Assembly: GCA_002269645.1 (NCBI GenBank)
Contig: NIVC01003799.1
Coordinates: forward strand, 1 to 64,000
DNA: 64,000 bases
Direction of reading: 5' to 3'
Source: Macrostomum lignano
Lineage: Eukaryota
Shown here: piece by piece, positions 11,281 to 22,100 of the stretch
Position numbering within the stretch: the stretch's first letter is position 1
How the letters are laid out: every line of letters starts with the position of its first letter
The notes under the pieces: model-generated
Database searches by the model: none
What the model was told of the DNA's origin: nothing
Seen by the model: only the letters and a program-made list of their open reading frames with translations
Program-made: the position numbers and the translations under genes

Positions 11281-12381
11281 ATGCTGCTGGTGCATCGCTA
11301 CGTTGGCCCGGCCCTGCTGCACGTGCAGCCCGAGAAGAGGGAGGAAGACGGTGAGGCGCGCTCTTGGCTCACTGTACACCCTGTGTGAGTCTGCTGTACA
11401 CCCTGTGTGAGTCTGCTGTACACCCTGTGTGAGTCTGCTGTACACCCTGTGTGAGTCTGCTGTACACCCTGTGTGAGTCTGCTGTACACCCTGTTTGAGT
11501 CCGCTGTACACCCTGTGTGAGGCTCGCTCTACAAACTGTGTGATGTCCGCTAGACACCTTGTGTGAGCCAGCTGTACACCCTGTGTGAGTCTGCTGTACA
11601 CCCTGTGTGACTCTGCTGTACACCCTGTGTGAGTCTGCTGTACACCCTGTGTGAGGCTCGCTCTACAAACTGTGTGATGTCCGCTAGACACCCTGTGTGA
11701 GTCCGCTGTACACCCTGTGTGAGGCCGGCTGTACAACTTGATTGAACCCACTGTAGATGAAGACTATTGCCTAAAATTTTAGGAGCACACATCCATGGGA
11801 AGTGAAGGTGGTGTAACGATGAACCGGTGTCAGGTTCTCTGGAAAATTCTCGCATCTAGCACTGAAGAGGCGCTGAAATCTTGTCTGCAGCCGCAGGCAG
11901 AACTCTTGCCCCGCTGTTATTGCTCTTATCTAACTTCTGGCTCAGTTCCAAGAGCTCCTGTCTCCCTGCCCCCCCCCCACCAGACTGGCGCAGCCGCTAC
12001 CAGCGCCTCGCCTGCCCGCGCCTCTCCGTCTGCAGCAGCGCCCCCCGCGTGGTGTTCAGTCTGGCCACCCTGGCGCTGCTCTCCGCCCTGGTGGCCGCCG
12101 TGCTGCTGTCCGCCGCCCTCTGGCACGGCCTCCGGGACTGCTGCTACCGCCCCGGCCTGGGGCTGGCCGCCCTGGCCGCCCTGCTGGCCCTGACTGCCCT
12201 GCTGCTGTTCGCCGGCCTCAGCGCCCACGGCAGCTGCCGGGCCAGGCGGCGACCGCATCCGGGCAACCCGCCGCTGCTGCTCACCGTCCGGACCGCGCCC
12301 GCCACCACTTCCGCTGCCATGGCAACAGATGGGGAGCCGGGTGCAGCGCCGGGCAATCGGCCGACGCCGGTAACTGTCTGA
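11281..12381 (+). CDS. Orphan small membrane protein, two predicted TM helices (~155 aa)
   Basis: Exons 11281-11350 (G|GTGAGG, phase 1) and 11984-12381 (CAG acceptor, phase 1) join in frame. GC3-rich exon codon style. Hydrophobic stretches VVFSLATLALLSALVAAVLLSAALW and GLGLAALAALLALTALLLFAGL; ends -PVTV. Confidence 0.65.
11368..11730. repeat. 22-bp minisatellite in the 2-TM gene intron
   Basis: GCTGTACACCCTGTGTGAGTCT units, same family as 6589-6890. Confidence 0.95.
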
Positions 12382-12394
12382 GCGACAGCAACCT

Positions 12395-12765
12395 GACAAC
12401 ACTAACAACAGCAGTAACAACACTAACAACACTAACAATAGCATTAACAACACTAACAACACTAACAACACTAACAACACTAACAACACTAACAACACTA
12501 ACAACACTAACAACAATAACAATAGCATTAACAACACTAACAACACTAACAACACTAACAACACTAACAACACTAACAACACTAACAACACTAACAACAC
12601 TAACAACACTAACAACACTAACAACACTAACAACACTAACAACACTAACAACACTAACAACACTAACAACACTAACAACACTAACAACACTAACAACACT
12701 AACAACACTAACAACACTAACAACACTAACAACACTAACAACACTAACAACACTCACATTAACAA
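12395..12765. repeat. (AACAACACT)n 9-bp repeat
   Basis: Near-perfect array right after the 12381 stop; produces the LLV/VVS pseudo-ORFs. Confidence 0.95.
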
Positions 12766-13484
12766 CCGCACAAAAATTAACAAAATTAACAAAAAACGAA
12801 TAACACTAACAAATTTAAGTATATCAGATTTTCTCTGTTTTTAATTGGTTTAAATGAACAATCAACTCTGTGACTTTAATTTAAATTCTGCATCATATCT
12901 GCTGTGGAAGAATTTGCATTGCATATGCTGAGCTTCAGCGAGCTTTAATCTGCGCCCCCCCATTCTCCCTCTGTACAGGCAGAGCCGTAGCAATGTACAC
13001 TTCCTGAAATGCGCTTGCTTAATCAAATTAAAATAAATTCAATTCCAGCTTTGAAACGTCGGCATTTCATTGACGTTTGAGCTGCTTGTCTGCATCAAAT
13101 GACATTCTTGCGATCCAATTCACTGCGGCCGGAGCTCGCTTCGGTAGGTAAATAAAGGAATGAGGCGGAAGGCCTTTTAGTTTCAATAGATGGAATGGCA
13201 GCGAAGAGTTTGTGCTGTTTTGCGCGTGTATTTATATATTTACAAACAACGCCAGATTGAGGGGCCAAGCCAAGGGAGGTGCGAAACAGGTGGCGTGGCG
13301 TGATTGGCTACGCCAACCCCCCCCCCCGGCTTAGCGAGCCGGCTAGCATGGCGCGCACCCACCCCACCTCAGCTAGACAGAGGCGGGGGGGGGGTTTCCA
13401 GTGCGGCTGCACTGGTGCTGCCGGTCGCGTAGTCTGGCCGCCACAGGAATTGGATTTCTGAGCTGAGAAGCACACACACCTCTT

Positions 13485-13830
13485 ACTCTCATCTCTCCCT
13501 CTCATCTCTCCCTCTCAGCTCTCACTCTCATCTCTCTCTCTCTCATCTCTCCCTCTCATCTCTCCCTCTCATATCTCCCTCTCATCTTTCCCTCTCATCT
13601 CTCCCTCTCAGCTCTCCCTCTCAGCTCTCACTCTCATCTCTCACTCTTATCTCTCCATCTCATCTCTCCCTCTTATCTCTCACTTTCATCTCTCCCTCTC
13701 ATCTCTCCCTCTCATCTCTCTCTTATCTCTCCCTCTCATCTCTCACTCTCATCTCTCCCACTAATCTCTCCCTCTCATCTCCATCCTTCTCATATCTTCC
13801 TCTCATCTCTCTCTCATCTCTCCCGCTCAT
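13485..13830. repeat. CT-rich (CTCTCATCTCTCC)n repeat
   Basis: Seen directly in the sequence. Confidence 0.9.
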
Positions 13831-14647
13831 TCCCCTCCTACTCTCCCTCCTAAACAGGAACAGTGAAGGAGAGGAGCTGATATCTGTGCAGTTAAAGTGC
13901 GCCTCTCCCATAAGCGGTGAGAGCAGGACTCATATAGCCTACTTTGAGACAAAAAACTTCGGCACGACTTTTTTCTTAGAGAAGCGCAAGCTTGGGGCTC
14001 GGGATTCAAGTGGATAAAAAGTGCAGTAAAAGAGCCACCCAGAAAGGTTTGGAGTAGATGCAGAGCCTCAACTGGAAGCTGGAAACAGGCAGCTCTGCTC
14101 GCCCCTGTGCTCACATAATTCTGTTTTGAGATGTCAGAGCGGGAGCGGCCCAGTTTACAGTGGCTAATTGCTTTTCTCCCACCCATTTAGGGGTCTATAA
14201 TCCTAATCCCATCCCCTTCTGGGCAGGAATTCGATAAACAAATGCAACTCCTATTTAACTATGAATGGCGCGTATTTAATGAAATTATCTGGACAGTTGC
14301 AGCTCTCTCCAGTTCTGTCTCAGCTCTCCTCGCTCATTTTAAACATGAACTTTGCATGCTCAACCTGAGCAACCCTGCCCCTGCTCCCCCTGTGAATCCC
14401 CCTTGCCTCTCATGTCCCAGGCTATCAAATTCCTAAAAATCTCTTTGCCTTCGGTGATCAATATTGACTCAAGGGGACTCACGCTCTCACACGCCACCGG
14501 AAATTGCGAATTGCTGTTTTCCGGCACGCAATTTCTTGTGCCGTTTTGAAGCAATTTTGCTGGTTTTCAGAGGCGGTTTAACAGGTTTATGGCAAGTATG
14601 GGGCAATGCGCTTGGATTACTGCTTGTCTCAGTGTCCCCTCCCGTCT

Positions 14648-15622
14648 GCACTCACATCTCCCCTCTCATCTCCCCTCCCATCTCCCCTCCCCATCTCCCC
14701 TCCCATCTCCCCTCCATCTACACTCCCATCTCCCCTCCCATCCCCCCTCCCATCTCCCTTCCCATCTCCCCTCCCATCTCCCCTCTCATCTCCCCTCCCA
14801 TCTCCCCTCCCATCTCCCCTCCCATCTCCCCTCCCATCTTCCCCTCCCATCTCACCTCCCATCTCCCCTCTCATCTCCCCTCCCATCTCCCCCTCCCATC
14901 TCCCCATCCCATCTCCCCCCATCTCCCCATCCCATCTCCCCCTCCCATCTCCCCATCCCATCTCCCCATCACATCTCCCCTCCCATCTCCCCTCCCATCT
15001 CCCCATCCCATCTCCCCATCACATCTCCCCTCCCATCTCCCCCTCCCATCTCCCCATCCCATCTCCCCATCCCATCTCCCCATCCCATCTCCCCCTCCCA
15101 TCTCCCCTCCCATCTCCCCCTCCCATCTCCCCCTCCCATCTCCCCCTCCCATCTCCCCTCCCATCTGCACTCCGATCTCCCCTCTCATCTCCCTTCCCAT
15201 CTCCCTCCCATCTCCCCTCCCATCTCCCCTCCCATCTCCCCCTCCCATCTCCCCATCCCATCTCCCCCCCATCTCCCCATCCCATCTCCCCCTCCCATCT
15301 CCCCATCCCATCTCCCCATCACATCTCCCCTCCCATCTCCCCCTCCCATCTCCCCTCCCATCTCCCCCTCCCATCTCCCCATCCCATCTCCCCATCCCAT
15401 CCCCCCTCCCATCTCCCCTCCCATCTCCCCCTCCCATCTCCCCCTCCCATCTCCCCTCCCATCTGCACTCCGATCTCCCCTCTCATCTTCCCTCCCACCC
15501 CCTCCCATCTGCACTCCCATCTCCCCTACCATCTTCCCTCCCACCCCCTCCCATCTGCACTCCAATCTCCCCTCCCATCTCCCCTCCCATCTCCCCTCCC
15601 ATCTCCCCTCCCATCTCCCTCC
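14648..15622. repeat. ~1 kb C-rich (CCCCTCCCATCT)n satellite with G-quadruplex/i-motif potential
   Basis: 12-bp units with GGG/GGGG runs on the - strand; explains the Pro/Ser/His and Gly/Trp ORFs at 14464-15706. Confidence 0.9.
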
Positions 15623-16229
15623 CAATTTTAAACACAGAATCATTCTGATCACAGCAGGGCAGTAACAACGATATGATGGAGTCAGGCATGAGTGCTGCTT
15701 GTCCATTTGGTAGAAGGATTAAAATCCCATATCGTGTTGCTAGGCCGGACCTGAATATCTCAAAACATAGGAGTTGTCCCCTGCAGCACAGCACAAGCAG
15801 AGCAGGGTCAGCTGTGACACTCAAGGCAACTCAGATCTTCGTTGAGCTTCTCAACTTCTGTCTCTCCCAGCCTGCAGCTGCTAAGCGCGTATGTTTATTA
15901 TTGATGAGGCGTGCTCGGGAGCTGGGAGCGGCTCTCAGCCCGAGCTACTCGAACAGTCCCCTAAGCTGCTCGTTCGCACCTTGTCGCAACCTCCTCTCGA
16001 ACCGGAAAGTCGACATTTATAGCTCTGGCAGCCGGCCGGGACTACCTGGGAGGGATCTCTTGGAAAGTCAAGCGAGTCACTGAATGGGAATTTTTTATTT
16101 TATTGCAACCATTGCTGAATTGGGTAATGTTTTGTTCTTTTGTGTTAACATGAAAACAGAAATACTTCAGTAAAAAACTAGAAATTCACTTAGCGTGATA
16201 GCCAATTCACGACTGCTGCAGTTCACTGT

Positions 16230-18110
16230 GCACAGTGACCAGTGACCAGTAATAAGTTATCATTGACACGTGACCAGTGACCAGTGATAAGTGATCAGTG
16301 ACAAGTGACCAGTGACCAGTGACCTTTAATCAGTGCTCAGTGACCAGTGACAAGTGACCAGTGACAAGTGACCAGTGACAAGTGACCAGTGACAAGTGAC
16401 CAGTGACCAGTAATAAGTGATCAGTGACAAGTGATCAGTGAGCAGTGACCAGTGACAAGTGACAAGTGACCAGTGACCAGTGACAAGTGACCAGTGACCA
16501 GTAATAAGTGATCAGTGACAAGTGATCAGTGAGCAGTGACCAGTGACAAGTGACCAGTGACCAGTGACAAGTGACCAGTGACCAGTAATAAGTGATCAGT
16601 GACAAGTGATCAGTGACCAGTAATATGTGATCAGTGACAAGTAGTAAGCGACCAGTGACAAGTGACCAGTGACCAGTAATATGTGATCAGTGACAAGTAT
16701 TAAGCGACCAGTGACAAGTGACCAGTGACCAGTAATATGTGATCAGTGACAAGTATTAAGCGACCAGTGACAAGTGACCAGTGACCAGTAATATGTGATC
16801 AGTGACAAGTATTAAGCGACCAGTGACAAGTGACCAGTGACCAGTAATATGTGATCAGTGACAAGTAGTAAGTGACCAGTGACCAATGACCAGTGACTTT
16901 GAACAGCAGTTTTCATTTTTTCAGACATCATAAAGTGGCGCTCGCTAAAATAAAACAAGCGTTTCTTAAAAACATTTGCCACTAACTAAAAATAGGCCTC
17001 AGTAATAAGGCCCTATTATCGAGGCACAATGCGAACTCTGATTTGGCTGGTGTCTGGGGGACGCCCCCCCTCCTCCCCTCCTTACCCCCTCCGGACTCAC
17101 TCAGATGCAGCACCGGCGGCTGTTTGCTCACCCGGGCGCGATTCGCATCCGTCACCTCGTAAAGTTCGTTAGCTTGGCTGCCTTCCCTTTCTCCCTCCCA
17201 CTGTCCTCCCTCCTCCTCCCTCCCCCCGAGCTCGGTCTGCGACTGCATTTAATTTTCCCAAGTTCCGCCTCAGCGCGCTCGGCCCCGCGGTCGCCTTCTC
17301 CGAGCACTGCCGAGGCAGCTCGCCCACTTTTCTGCTTTGCTTTGCTGCGCTCCGCCGTTTGGCTTCTTTTGCTGTCTGTGCGAGCGAGACAGAGTCGCAC
17401 AGGTTTTTCTATTGCCCTGCCAACTTAATCTCTTCCATCTCTTGTCCATCCATTCTGTTCTGTCTCGCTTCTATCTCTCTTCTATCTTGCTTCTGTCTCA
17501 CTTCTGTCTCACTTCTATCTCCTTCTATCTTGCTTCTGTCTCACTTCTGTCTCACTTCTGTCTCACTTCTATCTCACTTCTATCTCCTTCTATCTCACTT
17601 CTGTCTCACTTCTGTCTCACTTCTATCTCTCTTCTATCTTGCTTCTGTCTCACTTCTGTCTCACATCTGTCTCATTTCTATCTCCTTCTGTCTCACTTCT
17701 GTCTCACTTCTGTCTCACTTCTATTTCTCTTTTATCTCGCTTCCATGTCTCTTCTATGACCAATGACCAGTAATAAAGTGATCAGTGACAAGTGACCAGT
17801 GATCAGTGATCAGTGACAAGAGACCAGTGGCCAGTAATAAGTGATCAGTGACCAGTGACCAGTGACCAGTAATCAGTGCTCAGTGACCAGTGACTAGGGA
17901 ACTGTGATCAGTGTCGAGTGATAAGTGACCAGTGACCATTGACCATTGAACAGTAATAAGTGACCAGTGAAAAGTGACCAGTGACCAGTAATATGTGATC
18001 AGTGACAAGTAGTAAGTGACCACTTATCTCGCTTCTATCTCTCTTCTGTCTCTCTTCTATCACATTTCTATCTCTCCTTCTGTCTCACTTCTATATCTCT
18101 TCTTCTATCA
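16230..18110. repeat. Interleaved arrays: A (CAGTGAC/AAGTGAC) 16230-16900 and 17758-18022; B (CTATCTCACTTCTGTCTCAC) 17455-17757 and 18023-18110
   Basis: Two unrelated unit types alternate A-(unique GC-rich 16900-17450)-B-A-B. Confidence 0.9.
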
Positions 18111-18138
18111 CCTTCCACCTTCCGTCCTTCCCGCTCGC

Positions 18139-18218
18139 CAGGGCTAGTGCTAGGGCTAGTGCTAGGGCTAGTGCTAGGGCTAGTGCTAGGGCTAGTGCTA
18201 GGGCTAGTGCTAGGGCTA
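18139..18218. repeat. (GCTAGTGCTAGG)n 12-bp repeat
   Basis: Seen directly in the sequence. Confidence 0.9.
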
Positions 18219-18894
18219 GAGGCTCGCCCGAGTCAATTTTTGTGCACAAGCTCCAAATCAATGTCGTGGTGTAAGAGTCTGACGCGGTCACCGCTGGGCT
18301 GCTCTGTCCCTGCAGCTTGCATGCATTTTATTTTCAGTGTCCGCCGTGAATAACTGGTTCACTGACAATTTCCTTAATCATTCGCAGATTAAAAGCTCCA
18401 TTATTCAGACACTGGGGCATCTGTGGTGAGACGGTTGAACTTTTCTGGCCGGTTTAAACCTTCATCAATATTTTTCTTTCTAATCCGAGCTCTACTGAAG
18501 TAGACAGCAACATGCGGTTGCTTGACAGAAAGCAGGAGCAGACGCGGGCAATTGCATGCAACCTGCTCGGGGCGGGGAAGAGTGGAGCGGATAGTGGGGC
18601 AGAAATGACTGGAAAGAAGAAGCGATTCAACACGATTGGAAGGTGGGGGGGGGGGTGAAAGAAGAGGAGGAGACTGCAGGCCCCGGTCCCGTGCTCATTT
18701 CTCCCCCCCCCCTCAGCCACTCCCCGCCTCTCCTCCGCTCTTCCCCTTCTCGCCCTCAACAATGGAAAAGGCGGCTGGGAAGCGGCAGGCAGGCGGACAG
18801 CCCGAACTCGCATCCGCAGCTGCCCAGCCGGCCGCCCTGTCTTCAGCCTTTCCTCCCGTTTCTGTCTGGCATTTTATCCCCCCCGAGGGAGCAG

Positions 18895-19091
18895 ATGCGC
18901 CGTCAAGGAGGCTGCGCGGCTGCATCGCCACCGAGGTTGCTGGTCCGTTTTTGTCTGCTGCTTTTGCTGGGTAAGTGATGGAGCTTGAGAAACTTAACTC
19001 CAGCGGAGCTCAAAAATCAATGATTGATTAATCGCTTGTTTCCATAGCGACAAGAATAATGGCTTCAGAAGCTGGGTCTTTCTCTCTTTGT

Positions 19092-19123
<32 letters not shown>

Positions 19124-22100
19124 GCTCTCGTCGGCCAGCCTTCTTCGTCGCTCCATCGATCACCTGAAAGTGAAGTCTGGAGCTGGGAAGCCACATGCAG
19201 GGCGCTCCGGGGACAAGAGGACTAACTGCTTAGGATTTGAAACTGCTGCGCCGTCTGAAGTACTCTGGGGCACTCTGCCCCCCCCTCTCAGTGCTCTCTG
19301 AATCGCTCAATCGAACGAAGGAAATGCAATTTCAGCGGGTGACCAGCTTCAACCAGTTTCAAGCACTTGGCCCGGCCGCTCCCTCCGGCTGTTCTTTTTC
19401 TGTCCATGTTGTGTTGCAGGAGCATTGTCGTGTGTTTATCGCTTCTGTGTTTACCGAGAACTCAAACCTGCTATATGGTGCAAAGTGACGTTTATTGAGT
19501 ACAGATAGAGCTTAGTATGCTGCAGTATTTAAATTTCCTGAGTCAAGGATGCGCTGTGCTCAAACCGCTTCAGGCTGCGTCAGAGCCGCCAGCGAATCGG
19601 ACTGGCGGCCGAGGCCTGATGAGCAGGAGGAGTGGTCGCCGGGCGATCACCGCTGGCCGGTGGAGAAGCGCCTGACAACCCAGCTGCTGAGCCGCTACGC
19701 GCAGTGGGGCATTGTCGGCCGGCCGGTTGTCAACAGCTCAGACGTGATGACTGTCCGGCTGGGCCTGGCCCTGATTCAGATTCTTGACCTGGAGGAGAAC
19801 AAGCAGATGCTGCGAACCAACTGCTGGTTGAGATTCGTGAGTTCCATATTGGCTTTTGACACTCGGGACTGAATAGGGAAGGCTGCAATTCAAGAATATG
19901 CAAATACGAGGCTGCACCTGACTTGCGAACACCAATCTAACATGATGATTAATAACACATGTGACAACCTTCCACACCATTTCCAGACCTGGCGGGACAA
20001 CCTGCTGTCCTGGGAGAACTGGACCGAGCCGGAATTCCGCGCCATCCGGCAGATCCGGGTCGCACCATCGCAGATCTGGACGCCGGACATCAAGTTGTAC
20101 AATTTGTGAGGCTCGCCAATCAGTTTTTGATGTTGATTTATACAAAAACTACCAAGAGAGAGAATTTCTATCGTCATTTAAAACAATGCTTTGCTCTAAA
20201 CCTAAAACCTTGAGCAGTGCCGACGAGAGAACCATGGAGATCAGGGAGGCTCGAGTCGTCGTGGATCGCAGCGGCGAAGTTCTGTGGATTCCGCAGGCGT
20301 TGCTCAAGACCACCTGTCAGGTCACCATTATGCACTTCCCGTTCGATACGCAGGTGAATGTCTCTGTGACCTGTCTTGTCTGTAATTTCTGCGGCTAACT
20401 GTTTTCAGCTTGTGTCTCGCTAGCCCTCTTATTTAGTGAAGCCAGCTGTTTTGAGCAGTCAAGCGATTAATGGATTATCCAAAGTAGCTTTCCGCAAAGG
20501 GCAGAGCAGCCTCTCTGCTAATCTTCAGTGCTGATCTTCAGTCCCGATCAAAAATACCAGTTAAGCAGAGTTGGTCCCGTTTTGGAATGTTGCAGCTCAG
20601 TTGACTGCTTGCGTCACCTCGCAAGTGAAACTTGAGCTTGAGCATGTGACTCTCGCTTCAAAGTACCTGCAAGGTTCGATTCCATGCTTGTGTACAAAAA
20701 TTTGGCCTAGGGATTGGCATGCTTCTCCACATTCAAGCCCATTAAGTGCGCAAATGCATGGACATGACTATAACCATCTCCTCAGCTCTGCTGCATCCGG
20801 TTCGGATCGTGGACCTACGACGAGCGTCAACTGCTGCTGGACTGGTCCATGACGGACCTGCGACTCAACGACACCTACTCCATCCAGAAGTTGCTGCCGT
20901 TTGTCGACTTCAGTGATTACGTTGAGAGCAACGAGTGGGAGACGGACGGCGAGAGCGAGATGGACGTGGCGGACCCAGACGACCGGATCATGCAGATCCG
21001 CAGCGGCGTCACCTACCGGCACGAGCCCGCGCATGACTGGCTGGTCCGGCCGGTGCAGAAGAAGTTCCGCCTGCTGGAGTACCGCATCCGCATGATGCGG
21101 AACCCTTCGTTCTACGTTGCCATCCTGGTTGTGCCGTGCATCTTGCTGTCCATGCTCACCCTGGTTGTCTTCTGCCTGCCTCCTGAAGCACCAGCCAAGA
21201 TGCTCTTGGGTGAGGAGCTGTTGAGTTCCCCGATTGTTCTGTAAAGTTTATATAATTGGGATTCCTAACTCCGCCTCCAAAGTACTCGTACATGTAACTC
21301 AAAAAAGCCCTGAAAACCAAACGATTCCATGCAGGCATGAACATCTTTGTCGCATTCTTCATTCTGCTGCTGCTGCTTGCCGAACTCATTCCCAGCGCAG
21401 TGGAGACTTTCCCGCTGATCGGTAAGCACACAGTGAGTCAGACATGTAGGATTGGTAAGCATACAGTGAGTCAGACATGTAGGATTGGTAAGCATACAGT
21501 GAGGCAGACAAGTAGGATTGGTAAGCATACAGTGAGTCAGACATGTAGGATTGGTAAGCAGACAGTGAGGCAGACAAGTAGGATTGGTAAGCATACAGTG
21601 ATTCAGACATGTAGGATTGGTAAGCATACAGTGAGTCAGACATGTAGGATCGGTAAGCATACAGTGAGTCAGACATGTAGGATTGGTAAGCATACAGTGA
21701 GTCAGACATGTAGGATCGGTAAGCATACAGTGAGTCAGACATGTAGGATCGGTAAGCATCCAGTGAGGCAGACATGTAGGATTGGTAAGCATACAGTGCA
21801 TCAGACATGTGGGATCGGTAAGCATCCAGTGCATCAGACATGTGGGATCGGTAAGCATCCAGTGCATCAGACATGTAGGATCGGCAAGCATCCAGTGAGG
21901 CAGACATGTAGGATCGGTAAGCATCCAGTGAGTCAGACATGTAGGATCGGTAAGCATCCAGTGAGGCAGACATGTAGGATTGGTAAGCATCCAGTGAGGC
22001 AGACATGTAGGATCGGTAAGCATCCAGTGAGGCAGACATGTAGGATTGGTAAGCATACAGTGAGTCAGACATGTAGGATCGGTAAGCATCCAGTGAGGCA

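Noticed and set aside
11926-12757. Poly-(LLV) and poly-(VVS) ORFs
   Set aside because: Translations of the (AACAACACT)n repeat.
14464-15706. Long Pro/Ser/His-rich extensin-like and Gly/Trp-rich ORFs
   Set aside because: Several frames on both strands are open only because the CCCCTCCCATCT satellite lacks stop codons; no splice or codon-usage support.
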